A stretch of DNA of 64,000 bases from an uncultured Chloroflexia bacterium. GTDB lineage: Bacteria > Chloroflexota > Limnocylindria > Limnocylindrales > CSP1-4. Numbering within the stretch: the stretch's first letter is position 1; the number at the start of each line of letters is the position of its first letter. The position numbers were made by a program, and so were the translations under genes. Shown here piece by piece: positions 1 to 9,699 of the stretch. The notes under the pieces were generated by a model that saw only the letters and a program-made list of their open reading frames with translations, ran no database searches and had not been told where the DNA came from. The DNA lies in contig CAVPHR010000006.1 of the NCBI GenBank assembly GCA_963704775.1, positions 75 to 64,074 on the forward strand, in the 5' to 3' direction.

Positions 1-168
1 CCGCGCCATCAGGTCCGGATCGGCGTACGGCGCCGGCGAGTCGAAGATCCGGACCTCGTAGCCGTTCGCCTCGAGGTGCGGGATGAACAGGTCCGTCGCC
101 TCGATGGGCGCGTGGCCGTCCCAGCCCCCGCGGACGACGATGGCGAGCTTCGATGGGGCAGTCGGCAT
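1..168 (-). CDS. ThuA-like domain protein, N-terminal part only (gene runs off the left edge)
   Basis: Minus-strand frame from ATG (complement of 166-168) reads MPTAPSKLAIVVRGGWDGHAPIEATDLFIPHLEANGYEVRIFDSPAPYADPDLMAR. The GGW-x-GH N-terminus is typical of ThuA-like proteins. It is absent from the ORF track because no stop lies inside the window. Confidence 0.5.
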   Translation of the reverse strand, partial: MPTAPSKLAIVVRGGWDGHAPIEATDLFIPHLEANGYEVRIFDSPAPYADPDLMAR

Positions 169-464
169 GCGGGACGCGGTCTCCGTTCTAACGGTGGGAT
201 GGGCGGGCGACGCGATCCGCGGGTCCGAGCCGGGCGGCGCGGGCGCCGCGTGATCCCGGGCGACAGCCCTGGCGGACATCGTCCGAGTTCTATCACGGCT
301 CCGGCTTCCGCGGCGGCGCTCGCCGCCGCGTCGATCAGGCGGACGGCGGGCTGGCGGCCAGGCCGGGGTGCCCTTGATCGGCTTGATCACGACCGTGCCG
401 GTCAGGGCTTCCGACGGGGTCCGTTTCTAGAGCGATCCCGGCATGGTTGACGCAGGGAACTGGC

Positions 465-1431
465 TTAGCCTTTCGCTTGGAAGTCGAGCCAGCATGACTT
501 GGGTGGTACCAAGGTCTCAAGTTCGATCCACAGGTCAGGCGGCGGCTCGACGGCGGCTGATGCCATGAGCGTCGAGATCCGGCTAGGTTTCGTGAAACCG
601 ACAACGGTTGAGTGCACGCGGGGATCACGCATCGAGAATTGCAGGGCCGCCGTGGCTAGATCAGTGCCGTTTCTCAAGCAGGCGTCGTTCATGGCAGCGA
701 CGGCATCGAGGACGAGCTTGGGTGCCTCGGTATAGCCGTACCTAGACGACCCAGTCGGGTTGGCGAGGACACCTCCGCCGTAGATCGCGGCGTTCAGCAC
801 CCCCATGCCGGCCGCGGTTGCCTGGTCGATCAGCTCGTCCGCGCTTCGATCGACAAGGGTCCAACGATTGTGTGTGAGTAGAACCTCGAAGACGCCCAGG
901 TCAAGGTAGCGTGAAACAACGTGAACATTGCCTGCGGCGATGCCGATGTGTTGCACCCGGCCTTCGTCCTTTAGAGCAACCAGCGTGTCAACCGCTCCTC
1001 CTGCCTGCGTGATCATGGCGAAGTCGTGGTATTCCGGATCGTGCAAGAAGAGCAACGGAAGTACACCAAGCCCGAGCCGCTCCTGACTCTCATCAAGCGA
1101 GCGTCGCACCCGATCACCGGAGTAGTCACCGTGTCGTGCGTCCACTTTGGTGATCACCGTAAAGTCCTCTGGCAATCCCCCCGCGGCAGCGATGCCGACG
1201 CCGATCCGGCGCTCGCTCTCGCCTTCGCTGTAAGCGTTGGAGGTATCGAAGGCCCGAATCGGACTCTTCAGTACCTGTTGGACGAGATCGATGGCATCGG
1301 CCTCCGCGACCGCGTAGCCGTACAGTCGACAGCATGGTCCCAAGGGGGGAAGCACCCGCGATGATCGCCGAGGTCGAAACTGACGTATTGCCCAGTCTGC
1401 GGATCCAATTCGTGGGCAACGGGTCAGTCAT
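465..1431 (-). CDS. Aldo/keto reductase (D-threo-aldose / L-fucose 1-dehydrogenase-like), apparent frameshift near 1321-1340
   Basis: The N-terminus lies in one minus frame from ATG 1431: MTDPLPTNWIRRLGNTSVSTSAIIAGASPLG. The rest lies in the 465..1355 frame: LYGYAVAEADAIDLVQQVLKSPIRAFDTSNAYSEGESERRIG...LLFLHDPE. Together they make a complete AKR. Joining them needs a 1-nt frame change. Confidence 0.7.
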
Positions 1432-1524
1432 CGAGAGCCTCCCCGATCCGCGCATGGCCGTCAAACAGCCAGTCCCGTTCGCGCACGGTGCCGACGCCGA
1501 CCGCGGCGGCCCGACCGTCGGCGG

Positions 1525-3660
1525 TCACGGTTGTCTCTCTGCAAGCACCCGAACATCCCAGGGCCCGAGTTGGACGTGATCTTGGGTGTGGAACGTTTCC
1601 CCAGTCAGAATGTCGTGCACCTCGGTGGGCACGGATACTGAGGCGGGATCCCAGGACCAGTTGTGCAGGAATCGGAGCCTGGTTCCGTCGACGGCCGCTG
1701 CGCCGGTCGAGGTCATCGTGGCCGGCAGCTCGCACCAGGGTTGAACGACGTCGGTGGCTAGCCACTGGAAGAGCGACTTGGCAAAGCTCGAGTCGGGGAT
1801 GGTGCCGACGCATGTGATGCGACCCCTCTCGTGGTCACGCGTGGTTATCGCCGGCCATCGACTGAAGTGCGGGTGTTCGTATGTCGCGACGACCTGCGCG
1901 TCGTCTACGAGCAGTCCGTCACACCATCGCGTGGCCGTAGCCGCGTCGAGCTTGATCGTGGCCCCGTCGGCAGGAAGAACAGGGATCATGCTCTTCAGGT
2001 TGCTGAACTCGTCATAGTGGACGCCTGAAGCCTGTGCCAGGCGGCCGGGAGCCGTCTCGGTCCGAGCGCGCGCCTCGTGATCCGCGTATCCGGTCCGTGG
2101 GCCGATGACGAGATGCCCTCCCGCGGCCGCGTAGTCCGCCAGCCAGTCGAGTAGGTGGTCCGGGCTCATGTAGTGGCCGGGCACGACGAGGAGCGGATGA
2201 CTGGCGGCGAACTCGGCCGGATGGGTGGTGGTCGCCTTCCGGGAATGCAGGATCCGGGCCGAGAGTCCGGCGTCGAAAGCGCCGCGGTAGAAGGGGGCGA
2301 AGATCCCGTCGTACGCCCGGGCATCGGGTCCGCCTCCCGCTGCCGCCAACGGCGGGTATTTCTGCATGAGCCAGCGGTTCGGGAGCGAATACAGGAAGGC
2401 GACTTCTGCGTCGGGTCGACATCCCGCCACCAGCCGTCCTGCGCGCCGGAACTCGTCACCGACCTGGCGGAGCTCGTCGAAGGTTCGGCCCGGGTGACCC
2501 GCGTGGGGAAGGACCCCACCCCAGGAGGTTTCGGTACCGAAGTGCAGCGTGTGCCAGTGCCAGTACTCGACCATCCGCGCTCCACGGGCGACCAGCGCCC
2601 ACGCGACCTGACGCCACTGGCCGTCAAAGGCAGGGCGGTTGTCCCAGGGAGGACCGATGTGCATGGCATTGGTTTCGGTGACGAGGAAGCCCTCTTGGCG
2701 TGAGGAGTACATCCGGTCCGCGGAGAAGTACAGCGCCCAAGTTCCGGTGGTGGCCCAGTTCTGATCGTGCGGTCCGGAGCCGTCGTCCGGGAGCTGTAGC
2801 CCGTCCTGCATGGCGTAGTAGAGGTTCCCCCCAGTGGTGTCGAGGGCATCAGTGACCAGATCGTCGTCGACGGCGGGCCGGTCGTAGGCGATGCAGGTCG
2901 TGACGAACTGTCCGGGGGAGGAGTACTCCCGGACGATGTCGGCCTGCCAGTTGATGAACTGGGTGGTCTGCGCGGCCTGGAAGCGACGCCAGGCGACGTC
3001 GTACTGGGGCTGCGTGTTGCCATCGGGTGCCCAAAGATCGTCCCAGGTCGAGAGTCGGTGCGACCAGTAGACGAGGCCCCACTCACGGTTGAGGCTGTCT
3101 ACGTCGCCGTAACGATGACGCAGGTCGTCCACGAAGCGTTGGAAGACGCCGCGGTTGTGAAGGAGATGAAGGCCGGGTTCGTTGTCGACTTGGAAGCCGA
3201 CGACGGCGGGATGCCCCGCATAGCGACGAAGGATCTTGCGGATCACCCGGTCGGCATGGAAGAGGAAGGCTGGGTGCGTGAAATCGACTTCCTGCCGAGC
3301 CCCCCAAGGGATCCGTTCGCCCGTGGATCGTTCGCCGGCGATCTCCGGATACAGCCGGGCCAACCACGGCGGCACGGCATACGTGGGCGTGCCAAGGATG
3401 ACGGAGATGCCCCGCCGCGCGGCACCGTCGAGAACCGGCTCGAGCCAGTCCAGATCGAACTGGCCGTTCTCCGGTTCCCAGGTCGACCAGACCGACTCAC
3501 CGACTCGGATGACCGAGAAGTGCGCCTCCTGCATGAGATCGAGATCGACATCCAGCCGGTCATACGGTTGGTACTCGTGGTAGTAAGCCGCACCGAACAA
3601 CACGCGGTCGGAACCGGCCAACATCGCCCCACTCCTGTCGTCGTTCACTGCCCGGGTCAC
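1525..3660 (-). CDS. Glycoside hydrolase family 42 (beta-galactosidase-type)
   Basis: 711-aa ORF with the GH42 N-terminal TIM-barrel signature FGAAYYHEYQPYDRLDVDLDLMQEAHFSVIRVGESVWSTWEPENGQFDLDWLEPVLD. The GTG start overlaps the upstream GntR stop (GTGA). Confidence 0.85.
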   Translation of the reverse strand: MTRAVNDDRSGAMLAGSDRVLFGAAYYHEYQPYDRLDVDLDLMQEAHFSVIRVGESVWSTWEPENGQFDLDWLEPVLDGAARRGISVILGTPTYAVPPWLARLYPEIAGERSTGERIPWGARQEVDFTHPAFLFHADRVIRKILRRYAGHPAVVGFQVDNEPGLHLLHNRGVFQRFVDDLRHRYGDVDSLNREWGLVYWSHRLSTWDDLWAPDGNTQPQYDVAWRRFQAAQTTQFINWQADIVREYSSPGQFVTTCIAYDRPAVDDDLVTDALDTTGGNLYYAMQDGLQLPDDGSGPHDQNWATTGTWALYFSADRMYSSRQEGFLVTETNAMHIGPPWDNRPAFDGQWRQVAWALVARGARMVEYWHWHTLHFGTETSWGGVLPHAGHPGRTFDELRQVGDEFRRAGRLVAGCRPDAEVAFLYSLPNRWLMQKYPPLAAAGGGPDARAYDGIFAPFYRGAFDAGLSARILHSRKATTTHPAEFAASHPLLVVPGHYMSPDHLLDWLADYAAAGGHLVIGPRTGYADHEARARTETAPGRLAQASGVHYDEFSNLKSMIPVLPADGATIKLDAATATRWCDGLLVDDAQVVATYEHPHFSRWPAITTRDHERGRITCVGTIPDSSFAKSLFQWLATDVVQPWCELPATMTSTGAAAVDGTRLRFLHNWSWDPASVSVPTEVHDILTGETFHTQDHVQLGPWDVRVLAERQP

Positions 3661-4415
3661 TCCTTGACGCTCCCAGCGGTGAACTTCGGGATCTGCCTGG
3701 CTTCTGCGTTCGCGCTCCCACCGTCGACAAAGGTCTCGAGCCGCTCCAGCGCTGACACCAGGTGGGCGCGCATCGCTTCCTCGGCGCCATCCGGGTCGTG
3801 CTTGGCGACCGCATCGACCACCGCCAGGTGCTCGTTCTTCGTCACCGAATGAAGGCCCGCGTGGTAGTAGAGCCGGAAGGTGTGCAGGTGGCTGCGCAGT
3901 CGGGTCAGCATGTCGCTGATCATCTGGTTGCCCGCGAGGTCGGCGACCATCGCGTGGAAGGTCGCGTCATAGACCATGTCCAACCGGTTCGCCGCAGCCG
4001 TGATCTCGCCGCCGGCTCCACCGGCCCGGGCAGCGCGGCGCAGCTCCTTGATCTCGTTCGGCTCCGCCTGGGCAGCGGCCTTGGCGGCCAATGCGGGTTC
4101 CACGAGCAGCCGCAGCTCGATGAGCTCGCGCACCTGCTCGATCCCCATGAGGGGCGCCACCGTGTAGCTGCGCCCTGGCTGCTTCACGATCAAACCGTCG
4201 GCCTCGACGCGTGCCAAGGCCTCGCGCACCGGTGTCGGCGACACGCCGAGGGTGCGGGCGAGCTCTTCGATGTTGAGCCTGGCGCCGGGTTCGAACGCGT
4301 GGGTCATGAGCATGTCGGTGACGATCTCGTAGACCGAGCCGGGCAGCGGTTGCCGTTGGGCCAGGCGCTGTCCTGCGGCGGACTCATGGATTGCTTCGAT
4401 CTGATAACGGTCCAT
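3657..4415 (-). CDS. GntR-family transcriptional regulator (FadR/FCD-type C-terminal domain)
   Basis: Winged-HTH motif LNIEELARTLGVSPTPVREALARVEADGLIVKQPGRSYTVAP followed by a helical FCD-like domain. Divergent from the ABC importer operon. Confidence 0.85.
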   Translation of the reverse strand: MDRYQIEAIHESAAGQRLAQRQPLPGSVYEIVTDMLMTHAFEPGARLNIEELARTLGVSPTPVREALARVEADGLIVKQPGRSYTVAPLMGIEQVRELIELRLLVEPALAAKAAAQAEPNEIKELRRAARAGGAGGEITAAANRLDMVYDATFHAMVADLAGNQMISDMLTRLRSHLHTFRLYYHAGLHSVTKNEHLAVVDAVAKHDPDGAEEAMRAHLVSALERLETFVDGGSANAEARQIPKFTAGSVKE

Positions 4416-4470
4416 CTCGGCCTTCGCGTGTCGAGTACTGGACGGCTACGTTACAGCATCCCAATCGTCT

Positions 4471-4493
4471 CTATCCTATAGACAATAGGATAG
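4471..4493. promoter_or_regulatory. Candidate operator: perfect 9-bp inverted repeat CTATCCTAT-agaca-ATAGGATAG in the GntR/ABC divergent promoter region
   Basis: AT-rich perfect palindrome read directly in the 100-bp intergenic gap (4416-4515). It lies between the divergent GntR gene and the permease gene in otherwise GC-rich DNA. Confidence 0.45.
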
Positions 4494-4515
4494 CGTGCTG
4501 GCATAGTCCGCGACG

Positions 4516-5652
4516 ATGCAGGACAAGGGAGGGCGCGACGTGCTCGACGACGAGTCGGTGACTCGCACTGCTGCCGACGTCGCCGACGTCGCACCAGAGC
4601 CTGAGATCGGGAGGGGTCCGGATACGGCCAACGACCGATCGTCGCGCGCGATCAAGGGTGTCCTGCTGGCGCTGAAGGCGGGGCCGCTCTTCATCCTGGC
4701 GCTGATGATGCTGTTCCTCTGGGCGGCCACCGAGGGCCACGTCTTCATGACGTTCGGGAACATCGGCAACGTCCTCGAGCAGTCCGCCGGTGTCTGCATC
4801 ATCGCCTTGGGCCAGCTCCTCGTGATCCTGACCCGGGGCATCGACCTGTCGATCGGCTCGAACGTCTCGTTGTGCTGCGTCATGGTGACTGTCGTCTACC
4901 GCGACACCAACTCGGCGTGGCTGGCCATCGGGGTCACCTTGCTGACGGGGTTGTCCGTCGGTCTGGTCAACGGGCTGCTGCTGGTGTGGGGGCGTCTGCC
5001 GCATCCCTTCATCGCCACCCTCGCCACCTTGAGCATCTGCGCCGGCCTCGCCCTCTACATCGCCGGTGGCTCCACCGTCCTGGGCTCCCCGGAGATCGTG
5101 CACCTGCTCGGCGGCGGACGTATCCCTGGGATCCCGGGCGCGGGCAACATCGGATGGTTCCCCTACGCCACGCTCGTGGTGATCGTCTTCGCGGTCGTCT
5201 GTGCCGTCATCTTGCACAAGCTGGTCTGGGGACGATGGATCTACGCCGTCGGTGGCAGCCCCGAAGCCGCGGTCCGCACGGGCGTGCCGATGAACGGGAC
5301 GTTGATCTCGGTCTACGTCATGAGCGGGCTGTCGGGGGCCATCGGCGGCATGCTCTTCGTCGGAGCCGCTAACGCCGGCTCGCCGTTCACCGGGCAGGGC
5401 ATGGAGCTCAGCGCCATCGCCGCGGTGATCATCGGCGGCGGCAGCTTCCTGGGCGGCCGTGGCGGTGTCTTGAACGCCCTGACAGGTGCGTTGATCCTCG
5501 GGGTCATGCACAACGGCCTCAACCTGCTCGGTCTCGACCCGAACTTCCAGTACATCGCGGTGGGAGTGGTCGTCCTCGTCGCGGTCGAGCTCGACGTCTT
5601 GCGGGCCCTCGTCGAGAACCGGTTCCGAAGCATGCAGGCGAGGCTCGCATGA
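4516..5652 (+). CDS. Sugar ABC transporter permease (CUT2 / RbsC-AraH family)
   Basis: 378-aa polytopic membrane protein with the typical RbsC-like C-terminal half (AIAAVIIGGGSFLGGRGGVLNALTGALILGVMHNGLNLLG). ATGA overlap with the ATPase gene. Confidence 0.85.
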   Translation: MQDKGGRDVLDDESVTRTAADVADVAPEPEIGRGPDTANDRSSRAIKGVLLALKAGPLFILALMMLFLWAATEGHVFMTFGNIGNVLEQSAGVCIIALGQLLVILTRGIDLSIGSNVSLCCVMVTVVYRDTNSAWLAIGVTLLTGLSVGLVNGLLLVWGRLPHPFIATLATLSICAGLALYIAGGSTVLGSPEIVHLLGGGRIPGIPGAGNIGWFPYATLVVIVFAVVCAVILHKLVWGRWIYAVGGSPEAAVRTGVPMNGTLISVYVMSGLSGAIGGMLFVGAANAGSPFTGQGMELSAIAAVIIGGGSFLGGRGGVLNALTGALILGVMHNGLNLLGLDPNFQYIAVGVVVLVAVELDVLRALVENRFRSMQARLA

Positions 5653-6446
5653 CTGACGCCGTTCACGTCGTGGTGCCCTCCGACGTGGAACCCGTCCTGA
5701 GCGTTCGTGGTGCCACCAAGACCTTCGGGGCCGTGGTTGCACTCGAGGGCGTCGACCTCGAGGTCCGCGCCGGTGAGGTTCTCGCCCTGCTCGGCGACAA
5801 CGGCGCCGGCAAGTCGACCCTCATCAAGTGCATCAGCGGCGTCCACAAACTCGACCGAGGCGAGATCCAGATCGACGGGGCCCCCGTGCAGATCACCTCG
5901 GCGGCCGATGCCCGATCAAATGGGATCGAGACCGTCTACCAAGACCTGGCCCTGTTCGACAACCTCAACCCGACGGCGAACTTCTTCGCCGGCCGCGAAG
6001 TGGCGGGGCCGTCCTGGCTGCCACGCGGTCTCCAGTGGATGAAGCAGAAGGAGATGTCCACCCGTACAAAGGACCTTCTCGACCGTTTGCAGATCCGGCT
6101 CCCTGACTTCGATGCTGACGTGGCGCTGATGTCGGGGGGCCAACGCCAGGCGGTGGCGGTCGCGCGAGCCGTGGCGTTCTCCTCGAAGCTCGTCATCCTC
6201 GACGAGCCGACTGCCGCCCTCGGGCTTCGGGAGTCGGCGCGGGTCCTGGAGCTGGTCGATCGGCTCCGAACCTCCGGCGTCGCGGTCATCTTGATCTCTC
6301 ACAGCATGGATCACGTGATGGCGGTCGCGGACCGGGCGATGGTCATGCGCCGCGGCCGCAAGATCGGCGAGGCGCCGGCGACCGCGGACAACCAAGAGCA
6401 ACTCGTGTCCTGGATCGTCGGGGCCCGAGGGAGCACCACCGTTTGA
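5649..6446 (+). CDS. Sugar ABC transporter ATP-binding protein (single ABC domain, FrcA-like)
   Basis: Walker A GDNGAGKST, signature MSGGQRQAVAVARA, Walker B LVILDEPTAAL. 265 aa. Confidence 0.9.
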   Translation: MTDAVHVVVPSDVEPVLSVRGATKTFGAVVALEGVDLEVRAGEVLALLGDNGAGKSTLIKCISGVHKLDRGEIQIDGAPVQITSAADARSNGIETVYQDLALFDNLNPTANFFAGREVAGPSWLPRGLQWMKQKEMSTRTKDLLDRLQIRLPDFDADVALMSGGQRQAVAVARAVAFSSKLVILDEPTAALGLRESARVLELVDRLRTSGVAVILISHSMDHVMAVADRAMVMRRGRKIGEAPATADNQEQLVSWIVGARGSTTV

Positions 6447-6519
6447 AGCTTCACCACCTGGACGCACGGCACGTGCGGCAGATCCGACAAGGAAGATCCG
6501 ACAAGAAGGAGCAACACAC

Positions 6520-7538
6520 ATGTCGACTCGACTGAAGGCGTTGGTCGTGCTCGGAGCGGGGGCGATGCTCATCGCCGCGTGCAGCAGCAGCGGCGGGGGG
6601 ACCGCGGCGCCGTCCGCGAGTGCCTCGCGGCGCCGTCCGCGAGTGCCGCGGCGCCGTCCGCGAGTGCGAGCGCAGCCGCGAACGAGAAGATCAAGGTCAC
6701 GCTTCTCACCAAGGCCACGGGCGGTTTCTGGGATGCCATGATCGCGGGCGCCAAGCAGTATGAGACCGATCACCCGAACGACATCGAGCTCACGACCAAC
6801 GCGTGCAAGACCAACGACGACACGCCCTGCCAGATCGCGCAGATCCAGGACGCTGTCACCAAGGGCGCCCAGGCGATCGTGATCTCCCCGATGGGCGTTG
6901 GCGTCACCGATGCCCTCAATGAGGCTCAGCAGGCAGGCGTCCGGATCGTCTTCGTCGACAACACGATCCCCGGTGTCGTGCCGGATGCGGTTGCGGCTAC
7001 GAACAACGTCAAGGGCGGCGAGGCTGCCGGCGCGTACATCAAGAGCCAGCTGAAGTCGGGCGACACCATCGGTCTGCTCGAAGCCGTGCGTGGCGTGCCG
7101 AACCTCGACCAGCGCATCGACGGTGTCAAGGCAGCGCTCGAAGGTACTGGCGTCAAGGTCGTGATCGGGGCTCAGCAGACCCTGTGTGACACCAAGACCG
7201 GCGCCTCGGTGACGCAGGACCTGCTCACCAAGTACCCGAACCTCACAGCGATCTACTCGGCGTGCGACTCCCCGGCGATGGGTGCCGTGGCGGTCGCGGA
7301 GTCCAAGCAGCACCCGCTGCTGATCTTCGGCTACGACGGTGACCCGGAAATGGCCAAGCTCATCGAGGCAGGCAAGACCACAGCCACGATGGCGCAGTCG
7401 CCGTTCAAGATGACGAACCTCGGCGTCGAGGCGGCAGTCAAGTCGCTCAAGGGCGAGAACTACGTGAAGGCCATCGACACAGGCACCACGCTCGTGACGA
7501 AGGACAACGCGGCCGACTTCACGTCAGCCTGGCAGTAA
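6520..7538 (+). CDS. Sugar ABC substrate-binding lipoprotein (periplasmic-binding-protein type I), frame break at ~6625
   Basis: Signal peptide plus lipobox (MSTRLKALVVLGAGAMLIAAC) lies in the frame starting at 6520. The mature domain (KIKVTLLTKATGGFWDAMIAGAKQYE...VFVDNTIPG...) lies in the 6579..7538 frame. The switch falls inside a 21-nt tandem repeat. Confidence 0.75.
6604..6668 (+). repeat. Three tandem copies of a 21-nt unit gcggcgccgtccgcgagtgcc (AAPSASA linker), with 2 extra nt (tc) after copy 1
   Basis: Copies at 6604-6624, 6627-6647 and 6648-6668, read directly. The tc at 6625-6626 breaks the reading frame of the binding-protein gene. Confidence 0.8.
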
Positions 7539-7590
7539 CTCCTTCCGCATGGGAGCACGCTTCGGACGCCGGCTCAAAGGGCATCCGAAG

Positions 7591-7619
7591 GGCCCGGCAC
7601 TACCGGTGAGTGCCGGGCC
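7591..7619 (+). terminator. Stem-loop (11-bp stem) downstream of the binding-protein gene
   Basis: GGCCCGGCACT-accggtg-AGTGCCGGGCC. No U-tract follows. Confidence 0.45.
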
Positions 7620-7651
7620 ACGTGCTCCCGTGAAACCCTAGTCCACCAACG

Positions 7652-7695
7652 CCTGTCCGCCTCGGCCTGGCCTCCTCCGGGCCGAGGCGGACAGG
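7652..7695 (+). terminator. Stem-loop (16-bp GC-rich stem), putative terminator or processing site
   Basis: CCTGTCCGCCTCGGCC-tggcctcctccg-GGCCGAGGCGGACAGG. It lies immediately upstream of the dehydratase RBS. Confidence 0.55.
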
Positions 7696-7723
7696 CCCCC
7701 TCATCCATCCCACGGAGAAGCAC

Positions 7724-9058
7724 GTGCCGGTCACCATCACGGCGGTCATCGCATCGGACATCCGGTTTCCTACCTCACTGGCGCTTGACGGGTCCGACGC
7801 GATGAACCTCGAGCCCGATTATTCGGCGGCCTATGTCGTCCTCGAGACCGATCACCCGGACGGCCTCGAGGGTCACGGGCTGACATTCACGAGCGGCCGG
7901 GGCAACGAGCTGTGTGTCGAGGCGATCGAGGCCCTCGCCCCGCTCGTCGTCGGTCGGACCCTCGAGTCGTTCACGGCGGATCTCGGTGCCTTCTGGTCGC
8001 ACATCGTGGGCGACAGCCAGCTCCGCTGGGTCGGGCCCGAAAAGGGTGTCATCCACCTCGCCACCGCCGCCATCGTCAACGCCGTGTGGGACCTATATGC
8101 CAAGACCGAGGGCAAGCCGCTCTGGAAGGTCATCGTCGACATGACCCCGGAGGAGCTCGTCCGGTGCATCCCGTTCCGCTACATCACCGATGCCCTGACA
8201 CCCGCCGAGGCCCTCGACATCCTGCGCCGCAACGAACCGACCAAGGCGGCCCGCGAGGCCGAGATGCTGGCAACGGGCTACCCGGCCTACACCACCTCGA
8301 CCGGCTGGCTCGGCTACCCCGACGACAAGGTCCGTCGGCTGGCCCGGGAGGGAGTCGCGGCGGGCTGGACGCATTTCAAGATCAAGGTCGGGCGTGATCT
8401 CGAAGAGGACATCCGGCGGGCGCGGATCCTGCGCGACGAGATCGGACCGGACCGGATCCTCATGGTAGACGCCAACCAGGTCTGGGACGTCGACCAGGCG
8501 ATCGCCTGGATGGAGCGCCTCGCACCATTCCAGCCATGGTGGATCGAGGAGCCGACCAGCCCGGACGACATCCTCGGCCATGCCCGGATCGCCCGCGCGC
8601 TCGCCCCGTATGGCATCGGCGTCGCGACCGGCGAGCACTGCCACAATCGGGTGATGTTCAAGCAACTCCTGCAGGCCGAGGCGATCGCGTTCTGCCAGGT
8701 GGACGCCTGTCGCCTGGGCGGCGTGAACGAGGTGCTGGCGGTGCTCTTGCTGGCGGCCAAGTTCGGCGTGCCGGTATGTCCCCACGCCGGTGGCGTGGGC
8801 CTGTGTGAGTACGTCCAGCACCTTGCGATCATCGACTACATCGCGATCAGCGCATCGCTCGCGGATCGCGTCGTCGAGTACGTCGATCACCTCCACGAGC
8901 ACTTCGTCGACCCGGTCGTCGTCGTCTCGGGGCGCTACCAGGCGCCGGCCGCGCCCGGCTACTCGATCGAGATGAGATCCGCCTCGCGGGCCGCCTACGC
9001 GTACCCGGACGGCAGTGCCTGGCTTGCGCTGCGCGAAGCCGGGGCTGTCCGGGCTTGA
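7724..9058 (+). CDS. L-fuconate dehydratase family enzyme (enolase superfamily, mandelate racemase subgroup)
   Basis: The N-terminus DIRFPTSLALDGSDAMNLEPDYSAAYVVLETD is the hallmark of characterised FucD-type dehydratases. The barrel carries metal ligands (MVDANQVWD, IEEPTSPDD) and HAGGVGLCE. GTG start after GGAGAAG. Confidence 0.9.
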   Translation: MPVTITAVIASDIRFPTSLALDGSDAMNLEPDYSAAYVVLETDHPDGLEGHGLTFTSGRGNELCVEAIEALAPLVVGRTLESFTADLGAFWSHIVGDSQLRWVGPEKGVIHLATAAIVNAVWDLYAKTEGKPLWKVIVDMTPEELVRCIPFRYITDALTPAEALDILRRNEPTKAAREAEMLATGYPAYTTSTGWLGYPDDKVRRLAREGVAAGWTHFKIKVGRDLEEDIRRARILRDEIGPDRILMVDANQVWDVDQAIAWMERLAPFQPWWIEEPTSPDDILGHARIARALAPYGIGVATGEHCHNRVMFKQLLQAEAIAFCQVDACRLGGVNEVLAVLLLAAKFGVPVCPHAGGVGLCEYVQHLAIIDYIAISASLADRVVEYVDHLHEHFVDPVVVVSGRYQAPAAPGYSIEMRSASRAAYAYPDGSAWLALREAGAVRA

Positions 9059-9699
9059 ACGTCCTCGAGCGGATCGCCGCCAGCGGAGTCGTCCCGGTCG
9101 TCCGGATCGAGCGGGCGGAGGATGCGCCGGCGCTCGCCCGCGCGCTACGGGACGCAGGCCTGGCGTGTATCGAGATCACCTTCCGTTCCGCCGCCGCCGC
9201 GGAATCGATCCGCGCGATCCGGACCGAGGTTCCCGACGTGCTGGTCGGGGCGGGAACCGTCATCTCGCGGGCCCAGCTCGACGAGGCCCTCGCGGCAGGC
9301 GCGGAGTTCATCGTGAGCCCCGGTCTGCAGGTAGACGTGGTCCGGGCGTGTCAGGGTGGAGGCACACCGGTCCTGCCCGGAGTCTTCACGCCCACGGAGG
9401 TGATCCAGGCGATGGACCTCGGCCTGTCTGTCGTGAAGCTCTTCCCCGCCTCATCGGCAGGCGGGCCGGCATATCTGCGCACGTTGGGCGGCCCGTTCCC
9501 GGCGCTGCGTTTCGTGCCGACCGGCGGGATCGAGGCAGCGGACCTGGCAGCGTATCTCGGGGTGCCATCGGTCCTGGCGGTGGGTGGCAGCTGGATGGTC
9601 CGTCCGGGGCTGCTTCTCGAACGAGACTGGGCTGCGGTCGGTCGGCTGGCCCACGAGGCGAGTGAGGTCGTCCGGACCGTGCGCCCTCCGGCGCCCTGA
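9055..9699 (+). CDS. eda: 2-dehydro-3-deoxy-phosphogluconate / 4-hydroxy-2-oxoglutarate aldolase
   Basis: MNVLERIAASGVVPVVRIERAEDAPALARALRDAGLACIEITFRS ... VVKLFPA ... FVPTGGI is the class I KDPG aldolase pattern. The start overlaps the dehydratase stop. Confidence 0.85.
   Translation: MNVLERIAASGVVPVVRIERAEDAPALARALRDAGLACIEITFRSAAAAESIRAIRTEVPDVLVGAGTVISRAQLDEALAAGAEFIVSPGLQVDVVRACQGGGTPVLPGVFTPTEVIQAMDLGLSVVKLFPASSAGGPAYLRTLGGPFPALRFVPTGGIEAADLAAYLGVPSVLAVGGSWMVRPGLLLERDWAAVGRLAHEASEVVRTVRPPAP

Noticed and set aside
4471-5742. Long antisense or overlapping ORFs throughout the window, for example 4471..5742(-), 5916..7313(-), 11763..13541(-), 30712..32835(+), 40146..41699(-), 58834..60810(-), and the first 170 aa of 44678..47608(+).
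   Set aside because: Their products are Arg/Pro/Gly/Asp-rich low-complexity strings with no motifs. They lie opposite or out of frame to genes with clear family signatures. Such shadow ORFs are expected in DNA with G/C-dominated third codon positions.
6604-6668. CRISPR-like or other spacer-containing arrays. This includes the 21-nt repeat here and the Ala/Pro-coding repeats at 63650-63850.
   Set aside because: The repeats are directly tandem with no spacers. They lie inside coding regions (a lipoprotein linker and the E2 inter-domain linker). No cas genes are present.
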